From contig JANRJK010000046.1 of assembly GCA_033764015.1 (NCBI GenBank), forward strand, positions 192,001-256,000: a DNA stretch of 64,000 bases. The letters are read 5' to 3'. The translations under genes were made by a program, and so were the position numbers. Source of the stretch: Candidatus Sumerlaeia bacterium. GTDB lineage: Bacteria; Sumerlaeota; Sumerlaeia; SLMS01; JANRJK01. Under the pieces are notes generated by a model that saw only the letters and a list, made by a program, of their open reading frames with translations, made no database searches and had not been told where the DNA came from. Below, piece after piece: positions 34,976 through 44,390 of this stretch (position 1 is the first letter of the stretch; the number at the start of each line of letters is the position of its first letter).

Positions 34976-35389
34976 ATGACCATCACCATCGAACAACGGA
35001 TCTCGGCACCCATCGACCACGTGTGGCGGGTCTGGACCACCCCCGCGGATATTGTGCACTGGAACTTCGCCACCGAGGGGTGGCATTGCCCGTCGGCGCG
35101 GCTCGACCTGCGGGTTGGCGGATCGTTCTGCTACCGCATGGAAGCGGTCGACGGAAGCATGGGCTTCGACTTCGAGGGCGTGTTCACGCGGGTCGACCCC
35201 CTGCGCCTCATCGAGTTCACCATGGGCGACGGCCGGGCGGTCCGCGTCGAGTTCAGCGAGCTCCCCGGAGGCGCGCTGATCCGCGAGTCGTTCGAGGCGG
35301 AGGATATCCACTCCGCCGAGCAGCAGCGGGACGGCTGGCAGCAGATCCTCGTGAACTTCGCGGCGCGCGCGGAAGCGGTGCGGGGCTGA
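34976..35389 (+). CDS. SRPBCC/AHSA1 domain protein
   Basis: VWRVWTTP..IVHWNFA..WHCP, DLRVGG.F.YRMEA.DGSMGFDF, QQRDGWQQIL. Confidence 0.9.
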   Translation: MTITIEQRISAPIDHVWRVWTTPADIVHWNFATEGWHCPSARLDLRVGGSFCYRMEAVDGSMGFDFEGVFTRVDPLRLIEFTMGDGRAVRVEFSELPGGALIRESFEAEDIHSAEQQRDGWQQILVNFAARAEAVRG

Positions 35390-35495
35390 GTGGCGCGGCG
35401 CGCCTCCGACCGGTCCGCTTGCACTTCCGCGATCCGGCTGGCGAACTAGCCGCGCGCCGTGACGGTGGCGAGGCGCGAATCCGGAGTGAGCCCGA

Positions 35496-38400
35496 TTGAA
35501 CATCGAAGACGCCCCCGACACGCTGCCGCCGCCCGCGCTCCCGCCGGACGCGACATTGACCTTCGACCCGTCCCGCCCGGGGGATGAGGAGACGGCGCGC
35601 CTCGGCTATGTGATGGGCCCCGGGGACCGCCCGGGCGGCGCCGCCGGCGATGGATCCTTGGCGGCCACCGCGCAGGTCCGGACGGATCCCGCCGCGCCGC
35701 TGCGGGCGGAAGCCTCGAGCGAGGGTTACGTCCTCGAGCGGCGCATCGGCGCGGGAGGTTTCGGCGAAGTGTGGCGCGCCTCGCAGGTCGCGCTCCGCCG
35801 CACCGTGGCGGTCAAGATCATCCGGGGCGGCGCGGGGGAGGGCCAGGAGGCCCGGCTGCTGCGCCGCGCCTTCCGCGACGAGGCGCTGACCGCCGCGCAG
35901 CTCGACCATCCGAACATCGTGCCCGTCTACGACTTCGCCACGGAACGCGGCGGCGCGTCGATGCTCGCCATGAAGCTGGTCCAGGGGGTCCCCTGGAACC
36001 GGGCCATCGAATCGGATTTCGCGGGTTCGACCGCGGAGGACTTCCTGGCCCGCCACATCCCGATCCTCGTCGCCGTGGCGCAGGCGGTCGCCTTCGCCCA
36101 CAGCCGCGGCATCATCCACCGCGACCTCAAGCCGCACCAAGTGATGATCGGCGAGTTCGGCGAGGTGCTCCTGATGGACTGGGGCCTCGCGGTGAACTTC
36201 GACCCGGAGCGGCTGCGCGAGACTCGGGGCGACCTCGCGATGGGGTCGGCGCCCACGGCGGAGGAGGCGTCGAGCCCCGCCGGCACGCCGGCCTACATGG
36301 CCCCGGAGCAGACGCGCCGCACCGCCGACGCGGTCGGTCCCTGGACCGACATCTACCTGCTCGGCGCGATCCTGTTCGTGCTGCTTTCGGGCTCGCCGCC
36401 GCGCAGCGGCACGACAGGACACGGGGCGTTCGCGGCGGCGGCCGCGGGGCGCTTCGACGACATCGGCAAGGTGGCGCCGGAGGGCCGCGCGATGCCGGCG
36501 GATCTGGTCGAGCTCTGCCTGCAGTGCCTCGAGCCGGACCGCTCGAAGCGGCCGGCGGCGGCGACGGAGGTGGTCGGGCGGCTGCAAGGCCACCTCTCCG
36601 GAGCGCGGGCCCGCAGCGAGTCCGCCGCCATCACCGCCGAGGCCGCCAAGCGGATCGCCGAGGCGGCCGACTACGAGGAGTGCAACGCGCTGGGAGCGCG
36701 GCTGGAGCAGGCGTCGGCGCTGTGGCCCGGCAATCCGGAGGCGATGCGGCTCGGGCACCGGCTGGCCGAGTACTACGGCCGGCTGGCGTTACGGCGGGGC
36801 GACCTCGCGCTGGCGTCGCTGCAGGCGCGCAAGTGCGCCCCGGGCGTGCGCGAGGCGCTGCTGGGGGGAGTGGCGGCGGCGGAGGCGCGGATCCGTTCGC
36901 GCGAGCGCACGCGCCGCCTCGCCATCGGCTCCAGCCTCGCCCTGCTGCTGGCGCTGTTGGGCGGATCCGCCTACTACACGCGCGTCCTCGAAGCGCGCGC
37001 GGAATCGGAAGCGGCCGCGCGCCGGCTCGCGGAGGAGAAGCAGTCGGAGGCGGAGCGGAACTTCGCCGCCGCGAAGGCTCAGGGCGAGGGCTCCGCGGCG
37101 CTCGTCGGGTACATCCTCGGCGAGCTGCGCGCCGCCATGGCGGAGGAGTTCGACAGCGCGGAGGGCCTCGATCCGAAGACGGCAAACCGGATGCGCCATG
37201 CGATCGCCGGGCGCGTGGTGAAGCCGACGGTGGAGTACTACCGCAGCGTTGACGCGACCGCGTGGCCGGACGAGCTCGCGCTGCCCTTCGCGGATTCGAT
37301 GCAGCAAGCCTCCGGCTACATCCGCACGCTGGGCCTGTTCGACGATGCGCTGGAGCTGGGCACGACGACGCTGGCGCTGCGCCGCGCGCGCCTCGCGCCG
37401 GACGACCCGAAGCTCCTCGCGAACCTGTCGAGCCTCGCGATCACCTACAAGGACAAGGGCGAGATCCGCAAGGCGCTGGAGATGGAGCTCGACATCGCGG
37501 CCACGTACGAACGGAGCCCGCAGCGCGACGAGGCCGCCTACGCCACCGCGATGCACAACCTCGGCATGCGCTACCACATGCTCGGCGAGTCCGACGCATC
37601 GCTGGACTGGTTCACGCGCGCGCTCGCCATCCGCGAACGCGTCTTCGGCCCGGAGACCGAGCGCGTCGCCACGCCGCTGGTGGGCCGCGCGGCGGCGCTC
37701 AACAAGCTCGGCCGCATGGAGGCGGCGCTCGCCGACATCCAGCGCGCCGTCGCCATCCGCGAGAAGACGATCGGCACGGAGGCGACCGACACGCTCACGG
37801 CGCGCGCGATGCTCGCCACGGTACTCTCCAAGATGGGGCGCGACGGCGAGGCGATCGCGATCCTGCAGGAGGACCTCGGCCGCACCGCGAAGGCATTCGG
37901 CGAGGGGCACGGGAGAGTCGGGGTCGTCCACGGCAAGCTCGCGGACGCGCTGGCCTCCGCGGGACGCCACGAGGAGGCCGTCGGCCACTCGGACCACGCC
38001 GTGGCGATCTACGCGAAGTTCTACGGCGAGCGCCACCGCAACACGGGCGAGATCCTCATCGAGCGCGCGCGGATCCGGTTCCGCGCCGGACAGGGGACGG
38101 AACTGCTCGCCGACTTCGCCGATGGCCTCGCGATCATGGCGGAAGCGGGCGAAGGGATGACGCCCAGCGCGGTCGAGTACGCCCGCGAATACCTGTCCAT
38201 CCGCTCCCTGCTCGGCGACCACACGGGCGCGATCGAAGAGTACCGCACTCTCCGCGCGGCGCTGGCCGCGGACCCGAGCGCCGGCGTGACGCCCGACAAG
38301 CTGAATGCTGCGCTCGCGACCGCGCTGGTGCGCCGCGCGCGCGCGCCGCTCCTCGCGAACCCGGCGGACGCGGAAGGCAGCGCGCTCCTGGAGGAAGCGC

Positions 38401-38651
38401 TCTCGCTCGCGGACGCGAACGGCTCCATTTCCACCGGCAGTCCCCGCTGGTTCCTCTGGGAGTGCTGGATGCACCACCTCGCGGGCCGCGACGATGCGGC
38501 CCGCGCGGCCTACGCGAAACTCATCGCCGCCCGCCCCCCTGGCCAGCACCGCCGCGCCCTCGCGCGCGAAGAATCGCTGCTGGAGGAAGTCGCGCGGCGG
38601 ATCGGGGTGGATCTGCCGGAGGGATGGGCAACCACTGCGACCCCGCCCTGA
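35496..38651 (+). CDS. Hanks-type Ser/Thr protein kinase with a TM helix and TPR repeats
   Basis: IGAGGFGEVW, VAVK, LDHPNIVPVYD, HRDLKPHQ, DWGLA, GTPAYMAPE, DIYLLG; TM LAIGSSLALLLALLGG; kinesin-light-chain-like TPRs (ALAIRERVFGP). TTG start is uncertain. Confidence 0.9.
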   Translation: MNIEDAPDTLPPPALPPDATLTFDPSRPGDEETARLGYVMGPGDRPGGAAGDGSLAATAQVRTDPAAPLRAEASSEGYVLERRIGAGGFGEVWRASQVALRRTVAVKIIRGGAGEGQEARLLRRAFRDEALTAAQLDHPNIVPVYDFATERGGASMLAMKLVQGVPWNRAIESDFAGSTAEDFLARHIPILVAVAQAVAFAHSRGIIHRDLKPHQVMIGEFGEVLLMDWGLAVNFDPERLRETRGDLAMGSAPTAEEASSPAGTPAYMAPEQTRRTADAVGPWTDIYLLGAILFVLLSGSPPRSGTTGHGAFAAAAAGRFDDIGKVAPEGRAMPADLVELCLQCLEPDRSKRPAAATEVVGRLQGHLSGARARSESAAITAEAAKRIAEAADYEECNALGARLEQASALWPGNPEAMRLGHRLAEYYGRLALRRGDLALASLQARKCAPGVREALLGGVAAAEARIRSRERTRRLAIGSSLALLLALLGGSAYYTRVLEARAESEAAARRLAEEKQSEAERNFAAAKAQGEGSAALVGYILGELRAAMAEEFDSAEGLDPKTANRMRHAIAGRVVKPTVEYYRSVDATAWPDELALPFADSMQQASGYIRTLGLFDDALELGTTTLALRRARLAPDDPKLLANLSSLAITYKDKGEIRKALEMELDIAATYERSPQRDEAAYATAMHNLGMRYHMLGESDASLDWFTRALAIRERVFGPETERVATPLVGRAAALNKLGRMEAALADIQRAVAIREKTIGTEATDTLTARAMLATVLSKMGRDGEAIAILQEDLGRTAKAFGEGHGRVGVVHGKLADALASAGRHEEAVGHSDHAVAIYAKFYGERHRNTGEILIERARIRFRAGQGTELLADFADGLAIMAEAGEGMTPSAVEYAREYLSIRSLLGDHTGAIEEYRTLRAALAADPSAGVTPDKLNAALATALVRRARAPLLANPADAEGSALLEEALSLADANGSISTGSPRWFLWECWMHHLAGRDDAARAAYAKLIAARPPGQHRRALAREESLLEEVARRIGVDLPEGWATTATPP

Positions 38652-38736
38652 CCATCCCTGCGCGCTGTTGGAGCAGAATCAGCCTCCGCACTGGCCGCCT
38701 TCACACAGAACAACAATCGAGAGGAGAAGCCCAGCG

Positions 38737-38928
38737 ATGAGCCAACCAACCACACCCGCCTACCGCCCCGGCATCAACATGGCCCTCAAGACGCCGCCGC
38801 ACGCCTACGAGGCGACGGTCCGTTTCTACCGTGACATCATCGGCCTCGAGCAACTCCCCGACGGCTTCATCGGCTTCTGGATCATGGACCCGGCGGGGAC
38901 TGTGTGCCTCGTGGCCAAGGAGAGCTGA
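38737..38928 (+). pseudogene. Internally deleted VOC/glyoxalase-like gene (63 aa)
   Basis: GAGGAG RBS; an N-terminal VOC-like motif (NMALKTPPHAYEATVRFYRDIIGL) joins directly to a C-terminal motif (LPDGFIGFWIMDPAG), about half the length of a VOC domain. Confidence 0.55.
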
Positions 38929-38953
38929 GTGGGCGAAGCCCGAGGCGCGGCAC

Positions 38954-39553
38954 ATGGACCCATTGCGAACTGGCGAAGCCTACGATCAACTCGCCGATCT
39001 ATGGAACAGCCCGACCTTCAACCGGGCGAACGGCATCCGGCAGCACGAGCGCGCGATTGCCTTCGCCCGAACGCGGGGGCGCGCGCTCGACGTTGGTTGC
39101 GGAAGCAGTGGCCGCTTCATCGACTTGCTCTTGAGCCACGGCTACACCGTCGAGGGGCTGGACATCTCGCCGCGGATGATCGAACTGGCCCGCGCACGGC
39201 ACCCGGGCATCGAGTTCCACCACGCCGACATCTGCCGCTGGGAGTTCCCCGCGCAGTACGATTTCGTCTCCGCCTGGGACAGCATCTGGCACGTGCCCTC
39301 CGCTGAGGCGGAAGCGGTCCTGCGCAAGCTCCTCGATGGGCTGGCGCCGGGCGGCGTCTGCATTTTCACCACCGGGGGCCTCGATGCGCCGGTAGAGAAA
39401 GTGGATGCCAGTATGGGACCCACGGTCTCGTACAGCGTGCTCGGGATTCCCAAGACACTGGAAGTGCTGGCGCAGTGCGGCTGCGTCTGCCGGCACTTGG
39501 AGTACGACCAGCTCCCCGAGCTCCACGTCTACATCATCGCGCAGAAGGCGTAG
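38954..39553 (+). CDS. Class I SAM-dependent methyltransferase
   Basis: ALDVGCGSSG, GLDISPRMI, ADI, YDFVSAWDSIWH, LAPGG. Confidence 0.9.
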   Translation: MDPLRTGEAYDQLADLWNSPTFNRANGIRQHERAIAFARTRGRALDVGCGSSGRFIDLLLSHGYTVEGLDISPRMIELARARHPGIEFHHADICRWEFPAQYDFVSAWDSIWHVPSAEAEAVLRKLLDGLAPGGVCIFTTGGLDAPVEKVDASMGPTVSYSVLGIPKTLEVLAQCGCVCRHLEYDQLPELHVYIIAQKA

Positions 39554-39698
39554 TCCATTCGCCAGCAGCCGGACGCCTTTCTCGGCTTGCGAGGCGATGC
39601 GATCCCGCACGAACTTCCCGGCTCTTGAGTCAGCTCCGCGCACAATGCCCGCTCCCACTCCGGGAGCGGCGGCGCCGCACCGAATCGAGGAAGCAGCC

Positions 39699-40109
39699 AT
39701 GGCCCGGAACTCGACGATCATTCCGACGATGCGCTACCGCGACGCGCACGCCGCGATCGCCTCGCTTTGCGAGGTGCTTGGATTCGAGGAGCAACTCGTG
39801 GTTCCCGGCCCGGACGGGACCATCGCGCATGCGCAACTTCGACTCGGAGGCGGCATGGTCATGCTCGGCTCGGCGACGGATACCGAATTCGGACGCTGGA
39901 TGGCCCAACCCGGCCAAGTGGGCGGGTTGACTACGCAGGCTGCCTACGTCGTGGTGCCGGATGCGGACGCGGTTTACGAACGAGTCAACGCTGCGGGATG
40001 GTCGATCCTCCTCCCGATCAAGGACGAGGACTACGGCGGGCGCGGGTTCACCTGTGCCGACCCGGAGCGCCACGTTTGGAGCGTTGGCACCTACGACCCT
40101 TGGAAGTGA
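39699..40109 (+). CDS. VOC/glyoxalase (PhnB-like) family protein
   Basis: IIPTMRYRDA, HAQLRLGGGMVML, DYGGRGFTCADPE.HVWSVGTYDPW; GAGGA RBS. Confidence 0.9.
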   Translation: MARNSTIIPTMRYRDAHAAIASLCEVLGFEEQLVVPGPDGTIAHAQLRLGGGMVMLGSATDTEFGRWMAQPGQVGGLTTQAAYVVVPDADAVYERVNAAGWSILLPIKDEDYGGRGFTCADPERHVWSVGTYDPWK

Positions 40110-40207
40110 GGCGACCTCGATAGGCCGCGGCGCGCAGTTTTCACCTGCGTCTGGGCGCAATGGTTGCTGCGCTCGCCTCATCAGCCCACCAAGGTCCAAC
40201 GAAGCCC

Positions 40208-40708
40208 ATGGCCAAGAAACCCGAAGAAGCCTCCTCCGACATGCTTGGCAAGAAGGCCCCCGCTTTCTCCCTCCCCGACCAAAACGGGAAGGCCCACAAG
40301 CTCGCCGACTACAAGAGCCGTTACGTCGTCCTCTTCTGGTACCCGAAGGACGACACGCCGGGCTGCACCAAGGAGGCGTGCGGCTTCCGCGACCGGACCG
40401 CGGAGTTCGCCGAGCTCGGCGCCGTGGTCCTCGGCGCGTCGATGCTCGACGTGAAGTCCAAGGCGAAGTTCGCCAAGAAGCACGGCCTCGCGTTCCCGAT
40501 CCTCGCCGACGAGGACAACAAGGTGGCGGAGGCGTACGGCGTGTGGAAGGAGAAGTCGATGTACGGCAAGACGTACATGGGCATCTCGCGCGAGACGTTC
40601 CTCATCGGTCCCGACGGCAAGATCGCCGCGCACTGGCCGAAGGCGTCGGGCAGCGAGGACCACTCGGCGGAGGTGCTTGAGGCGCTTCGCAAGCTGGCGG
40701 CGGGGTGA
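40208..40708 (+). CDS. bcp: Peroxiredoxin Q / Bcp
   Basis: APAFSLPDQNG, YPKDDTPGCTKEACGFRD, EKSMYGKTYMGISRETFLI. Confidence 0.93.
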   Translation: MAKKPEEASSDMLGKKAPAFSLPDQNGKAHKLADYKSRYVVLFWYPKDDTPGCTKEACGFRDRTAEFAELGAVVLGASMLDVKSKAKFAKKHGLAFPILADEDNKVAEAYGVWKEKSMYGKTYMGISRETFLIGPDGKIAAHWPKASGSEDHSAEVLEALRKLAAG

Positions 40709-40724
40709 GCCCTCCCCGCCGCGC

Positions 40725-40753
40725 TTGACAGGCGCCCGGCGGGCGTCCAAGAT
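40725..40753 (+). promoter_or_regulatory. Candidate sigma-70 promoter for the radical SAM-queA-lpxA region
   Basis: TTGACA-N17-CAAGAT. Confidence 0.55.
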
Positions 40754-40830
40754 TCCCTACAGGAAAAGGCGCACGCTTCCGGGCGCGCCGCCCGCCCGCT
40801 CCACCGACCGCAGCCAAGGCAGGTGCTCCG

Positions 40831-42300
40831 TTGCTCCACATCGCCTTCATCAACCCGTACGAGTCGCTCAGCCCCTACCAGGCCAGCCTCCCGCCCCTCG
40901 GCATCGGCTACCTGTCGGCGTTCCTCAAGCAGCACTTCGGGTGGGTGAAGACGTCCTTCCACCACACGGTGGAGCAGCTCATCGACGCCAAGCCGGACCT
41001 GGTCGGCATCTCCTCCGCCTCGGAGAACTTCCTGGACGCGATGTACATCGCGGAGCGCGTGAAGGAGGAGCTGGGCGTGCCCATCGTGGTCGGCGGCATG
41101 CACATCACCAGCCTGCCCCACACGCTGCCCAAGACGATGGACGTGGGCGTGGTCGGCGAGGGCGAGGGCACCTTCATGGCCGTCGTCGAGCTTTACCACG
41201 CGAAGTCGAGCCCGGGCCCCGAGGACTTCGCCAAGATCAACGGCATCAGCTACCACGACAACGGCGCGGTCGCGGTCAACCCCGGCGCCGAAATGATCAA
41301 GGAAATGGATACGCTGCCGTATCCGGACCGCGACCTGATCGACCACGGCTGGCGCGTGCCGAACTGGGAGACGGTCCACCTGGTCAGCTCGCGCGGCTGC
41401 CCGTACAAGTGTTCCTTCTGCAGCTCGTCGCTGCACTGGAAGCGCTTCCGCTTCTTCTCGCCGGAGTACGTGGCGAAGGAGATCGAGTACCTCCGCGAGC
41501 GCTACAACCCCGAGATCCTCTACTTCTTCGACGACCTGTTCGTGGGGCACATCGGCCGCTGGCGCGAGGTCGTGAAGCTGTTCCAGGAGCGCGGGCTGCA
41601 CCGCGGCGTCCACTTCCGCGCCTACGCCCGCGTCGACCTCGTCACGGCGCAGATGGCCGAGGAGTTCGCCGAGCTGAACTTCAAGTACATCGACTTCGGC
41701 TTCGAGTCGAACTCCGAGCCGATCCTGAAGTTCCTCACCAAGACGCGCGTGACGCCCGAGGTGAACCAGCGCGCCATCGACATGCTCTACAAGAACCAGG
41801 TCTCGGTCGGCGCCAACTTCATCATCGGCTCGCCGCCGGAGACCATCGAGGACATCCAGCAGTCCATCGCATTCGCGCGCGCCAACCGCGACGCGATCGA
41901 CCGCTGCAGCGTCGGCCCGCTCCAGCCGCTCCCCGGCACCGCCATCTGGAACATCGCCAAGATGAAGGGCCTCGTGAACGACAACTTCGAGTGGAGCCGC
42001 CTAGCCACCACCTACGAGACCTTCGACTGGGAAACGTTCCCCTTCATGGGCGAGAACATGACCCGCAAGGAGTTCTGGGACTCCTGGACCGAGTTCAACC
42101 AGCTCGCCAAGGAGATCAACTACGTGGGCCAGATGCGCCGCCTCACGATGCAGCGCTCGCAGCGCGACAACCGCATCGCGGACCTCGAGCGGCAGCTCGC
42201 CGAGCTCAAGGGCAGCCGCATCATCCAGGCCGCCAGCAAGGTCCGCGACTGGCGCCGCAAGACGCTCGCCGTCGAGCAGCCCGCCGGCGCCTCCGCCTGA
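40831..42300 (+). CDS. Cobalamin-binding radical SAM protein (class B methylase-like)
   Basis: PPLGIGYL, VGGMH, GEGE, SRGCPYKCSFC (CxxxCxxC), FDDLF, GFES, FIIGSP.ET, PLPGT; C-terminal coiled coil. TTG start. Confidence 0.88.
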   Translation: MLHIAFINPYESLSPYQASLPPLGIGYLSAFLKQHFGWVKTSFHHTVEQLIDAKPDLVGISSASENFLDAMYIAERVKEELGVPIVVGGMHITSLPHTLPKTMDVGVVGEGEGTFMAVVELYHAKSSPGPEDFAKINGISYHDNGAVAVNPGAEMIKEMDTLPYPDRDLIDHGWRVPNWETVHLVSSRGCPYKCSFCSSSLHWKRFRFFSPEYVAKEIEYLRERYNPEILYFFDDLFVGHIGRWREVVKLFQERGLHRGVHFRAYARVDLVTAQMAEEFAELNFKYIDFGFESNSEPILKFLTKTRVTPEVNQRAIDMLYKNQVSVGANFIIGSPPETIEDIQQSIAFARANRDAIDRCSVGPLQPLPGTAIWNIAKMKGLVNDNFEWSRLATTYETFDWETFPFMGENMTRKEFWDSWTEFNQLAKEINYVGQMRRLTMQRSQRDNRIADLERQLAELKGSRIIQAASKVRDWRRKTLAVEQPAGASA

Positions 42301-42326
42301 CGACCCGCCACCCGAACGAAACCTCC

Positions 42327-42362
42327 ACGGGGCGGACCGCGACGGCCCGCCCCGTTCCGTTT
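42327..42362 (+). terminator. Hairpin between the radical SAM gene and queA
   Basis: ACGGGGCGG...CCGCCCCGT stem followed by TCCGTTT. Confidence 0.45.
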
Positions 42363-42364
42363 CC

Positions 42365-43462
42365 ATGAACCTCGACCTGTTCGATTATGACCTCCCTGAG
42401 CACCTGATCGCGGCCTTCCCCGCGGAGCGCCGCGACGCCTCGCGCCTGCTGGTGCTGCCGGCGGAGGGCGACCCCGCGCACCGCGCCTTCACCGACCTGC
42501 CGGGGCATCTGCGCCCCGGCGACCTGCTCGTCCTCAACGATACGCGCGTGATGCCGGTGCGGCTGCTTGGCTCGCTGCGCGGCGGGGGCAGGGCCGAGCT
42601 GCTGTTGCTGCACTGCGTTTCGAGCTCCCCGACGCGCTGGACGGCGCTCGCCAAGCCCGGACGGCGCCTCCGCCCCGGCGACACGGTCGAGATCGGCGGC
42701 GTGATGACCGCGCACATCGAGGCGGTCGAGGCGGACGGCTCTCGCGTGGCGTGCTTCGAGCACGACGGCGCCTTCGCGGACCGATTGGAGGAACTGGGCC
42801 GGATGCCGCTGCCGCCCTATATCCTCAAGTCGCGCGAACGCGGCGCTCCCGAGGACGCCCTCGCCGCCTGGGACGCGCTCGACCGGGAACGCTACCAGAC
42901 CGTCTACGCGCGCCGCCTCGGCAGCATCGCCGCGCCGACCGCGGGCTTGCACTTCACCCCGGAGCTCTTCGCCCGCCTCGACGCGATGGGCGTCGAGCGC
43001 GCGTTCGTCACGCTCCACGTGGGCGCAGGCACCTTCAAGCCGGTCACGGCGGAGGACACGTCGGCGCACGAGATGCACTCGGAGGAGTGGGAGGTGCCCC
43101 CGGAGGCTGCGGAGCGCATCGAGGGCGCGCGCCGGGCCGGGCGGCGCATCGTCGCCGTGGGCACCACCAGCGTGAGGACCCTCGAGACCGCCGCGCAGGC
43201 CGACGGCAAGGTGCGCCCCGGCGCCGGCTCGACGAAGCTCTTCATCGAGCCCGGGTTCCGCTTCCGGGTGGTCGATGCGATGGTGACGAACTTCCACCTG
43301 CCGCGGAGCACGCTGCTGCTGCTGGTGTCGGCGTTCGCGGGGCGCGACCGGGTGCTGGCCGCGTACCGCGAGGCGGTGGCGGCGGGTTACCGGTTCTACT
43401 CATACGGCGACGCGACGCTGCTGCACCGGTCGCCCGCGGACCGCGCCACGGAACCCGGTTGA
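42365..43462 (+). CDS. queA: S-adenosylmethionine:tRNA ribosyltransferase-isomerase
   Basis: FDYDLP, NDTRV, PLPPYI, YQTVYA, AAPTAGLHF, LHVGAGTF, VGTTSVR, TNFHLP.STL, YRFYSYGD. Confidence 0.97.
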   Translation: MNLDLFDYDLPEHLIAAFPAERRDASRLLVLPAEGDPAHRAFTDLPGHLRPGDLLVLNDTRVMPVRLLGSLRGGGRAELLLLHCVSSSPTRWTALAKPGRRLRPGDTVEIGGVMTAHIEAVEADGSRVACFEHDGAFADRLEELGRMPLPPYILKSRERGAPEDALAAWDALDRERYQTVYARRLGSIAAPTAGLHFTPELFARLDAMGVERAFVTLHVGAGTFKPVTAEDTSAHEMHSEEWEVPPEAAERIEGARRAGRRIVAVGTTSVRTLETAAQADGKVRPGAGSTKLFIEPGFRFRVVDAMVTNFHLPRSTLLLLVSAFAGRDRVLAAYREAVAAGYRFYSYGDATLLHRSPADRATEPG

Positions 43463-43553
43463 CCCCCCCCGGCGGGGGTCGAAAGCGTGGCGGGCTTGGC
43501 ATCCCTGAACAAAGCGCCCCAACGGCGCCGCTGCGAAGGCTCCCGCAACCCCT

Positions 43554-44390
43554 ATGGCGATCCACCCGTCCGCCGAAATCCATCCCTCAGCAGAAGTCCA
43601 CCCCGGAGCCGATATCGGCCCGCGGGTCATCATCGGGCCCGGCTCCGTCGTCGGCGAAGGCTGCGTCCTGATGGCGGGGGCGGTCATCGGCCCCCGGGTG
43701 CGCATGGGAAGCGGCAACAAGCTCTACCCGTACGCCGTGGTGGGCGAGGCGCCGCAGCATGTCGCGTGCGATCCGGACATCGCGTCGTTCCTCGAGATCG
43801 GGGCGAACAACACGTTCCGCGAGCACGTGACCGCGCACCGCTCGATCTACGAGGGCGGCAGGACGGTGATCGGCGACGGCAACTACTTCATGGCGGGCGG
43901 GCACATCGCGCACGATTGCGTGCTTGGCAGCAACATCGTCATGACGAACCTGGCCGGAGTGGCGGGCCACGTCGAGATCGGGGACCGCGCCTTCATCAGC
44001 GGACCGGTCGGCGTGCACCAGTGGGTGCGCGTCGGGCGCCTCGCGATGGTCGGCGGCATGACGGGCGTCGGCCAGGACGTGCCGCCGTTCATGAACGTGC
44101 GGGGGGACTGCACGCTGGTGGGCCTCAACACGATCGGGCTGCGCCGCGCGGGGATTTCCGCGGAGACGCGCCTCGTGCTGAAGCAATTCTACAAGGCCCT
44201 CTTCCGCTCCGGGCGCCCGCTGCGCAAGGCGGCGGAGTCGCTCGCCGCCGAGTGGTCCGGCCGCGAGATGCCGGGCGAGGCGCGCGAGCTGCTCGATTTC
44301 TGCCTCGCGAAGAGCAAGCGCGGCATCGCCCGCGGTCCGCGCCCCGCCGCGCAGCGGGCGAGCGCGAGCGGCGCCGACCTCGAAGAATGA
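43554..44390 (+). CDS. lpxA: Acyl-ACP--UDP-N-acetylglucosamine O-acyltransferase (LpxA or paralog)
   Basis: IHPSA, hexapeptide repeats, FREHVT, HIAHDC (catalytic His), AGHV, VHQ, QDVPPF, GLN.IGLRR.G. Confidence 0.85.
   Translation: MAIHPSAEIHPSAEVHPGADIGPRVIIGPGSVVGEGCVLMAGAVIGPRVRMGSGNKLYPYAVVGEAPQHVACDPDIASFLEIGANNTFREHVTAHRSIYEGGRTVIGDGNYFMAGGHIAHDCVLGSNIVMTNLAGVAGHVEIGDRAFISGPVGVHQWVRVGRLAMVGGMTGVGQDVPPFMNVRGDCTLVGLNTIGLRRAGISAETRLVLKQFYKALFRSGRPLRKAAESLAAEWSGREMPGEARELLDFCLAKSKRGIARGPRPAAQRASASGADLEE

Noticed and set aside
34940..40160. Integron-like cassette array of small genes
   Set aside because: There are no RYYYAAC...GTTRRRY attC structures, no repeated intergenic elements and no integrase.
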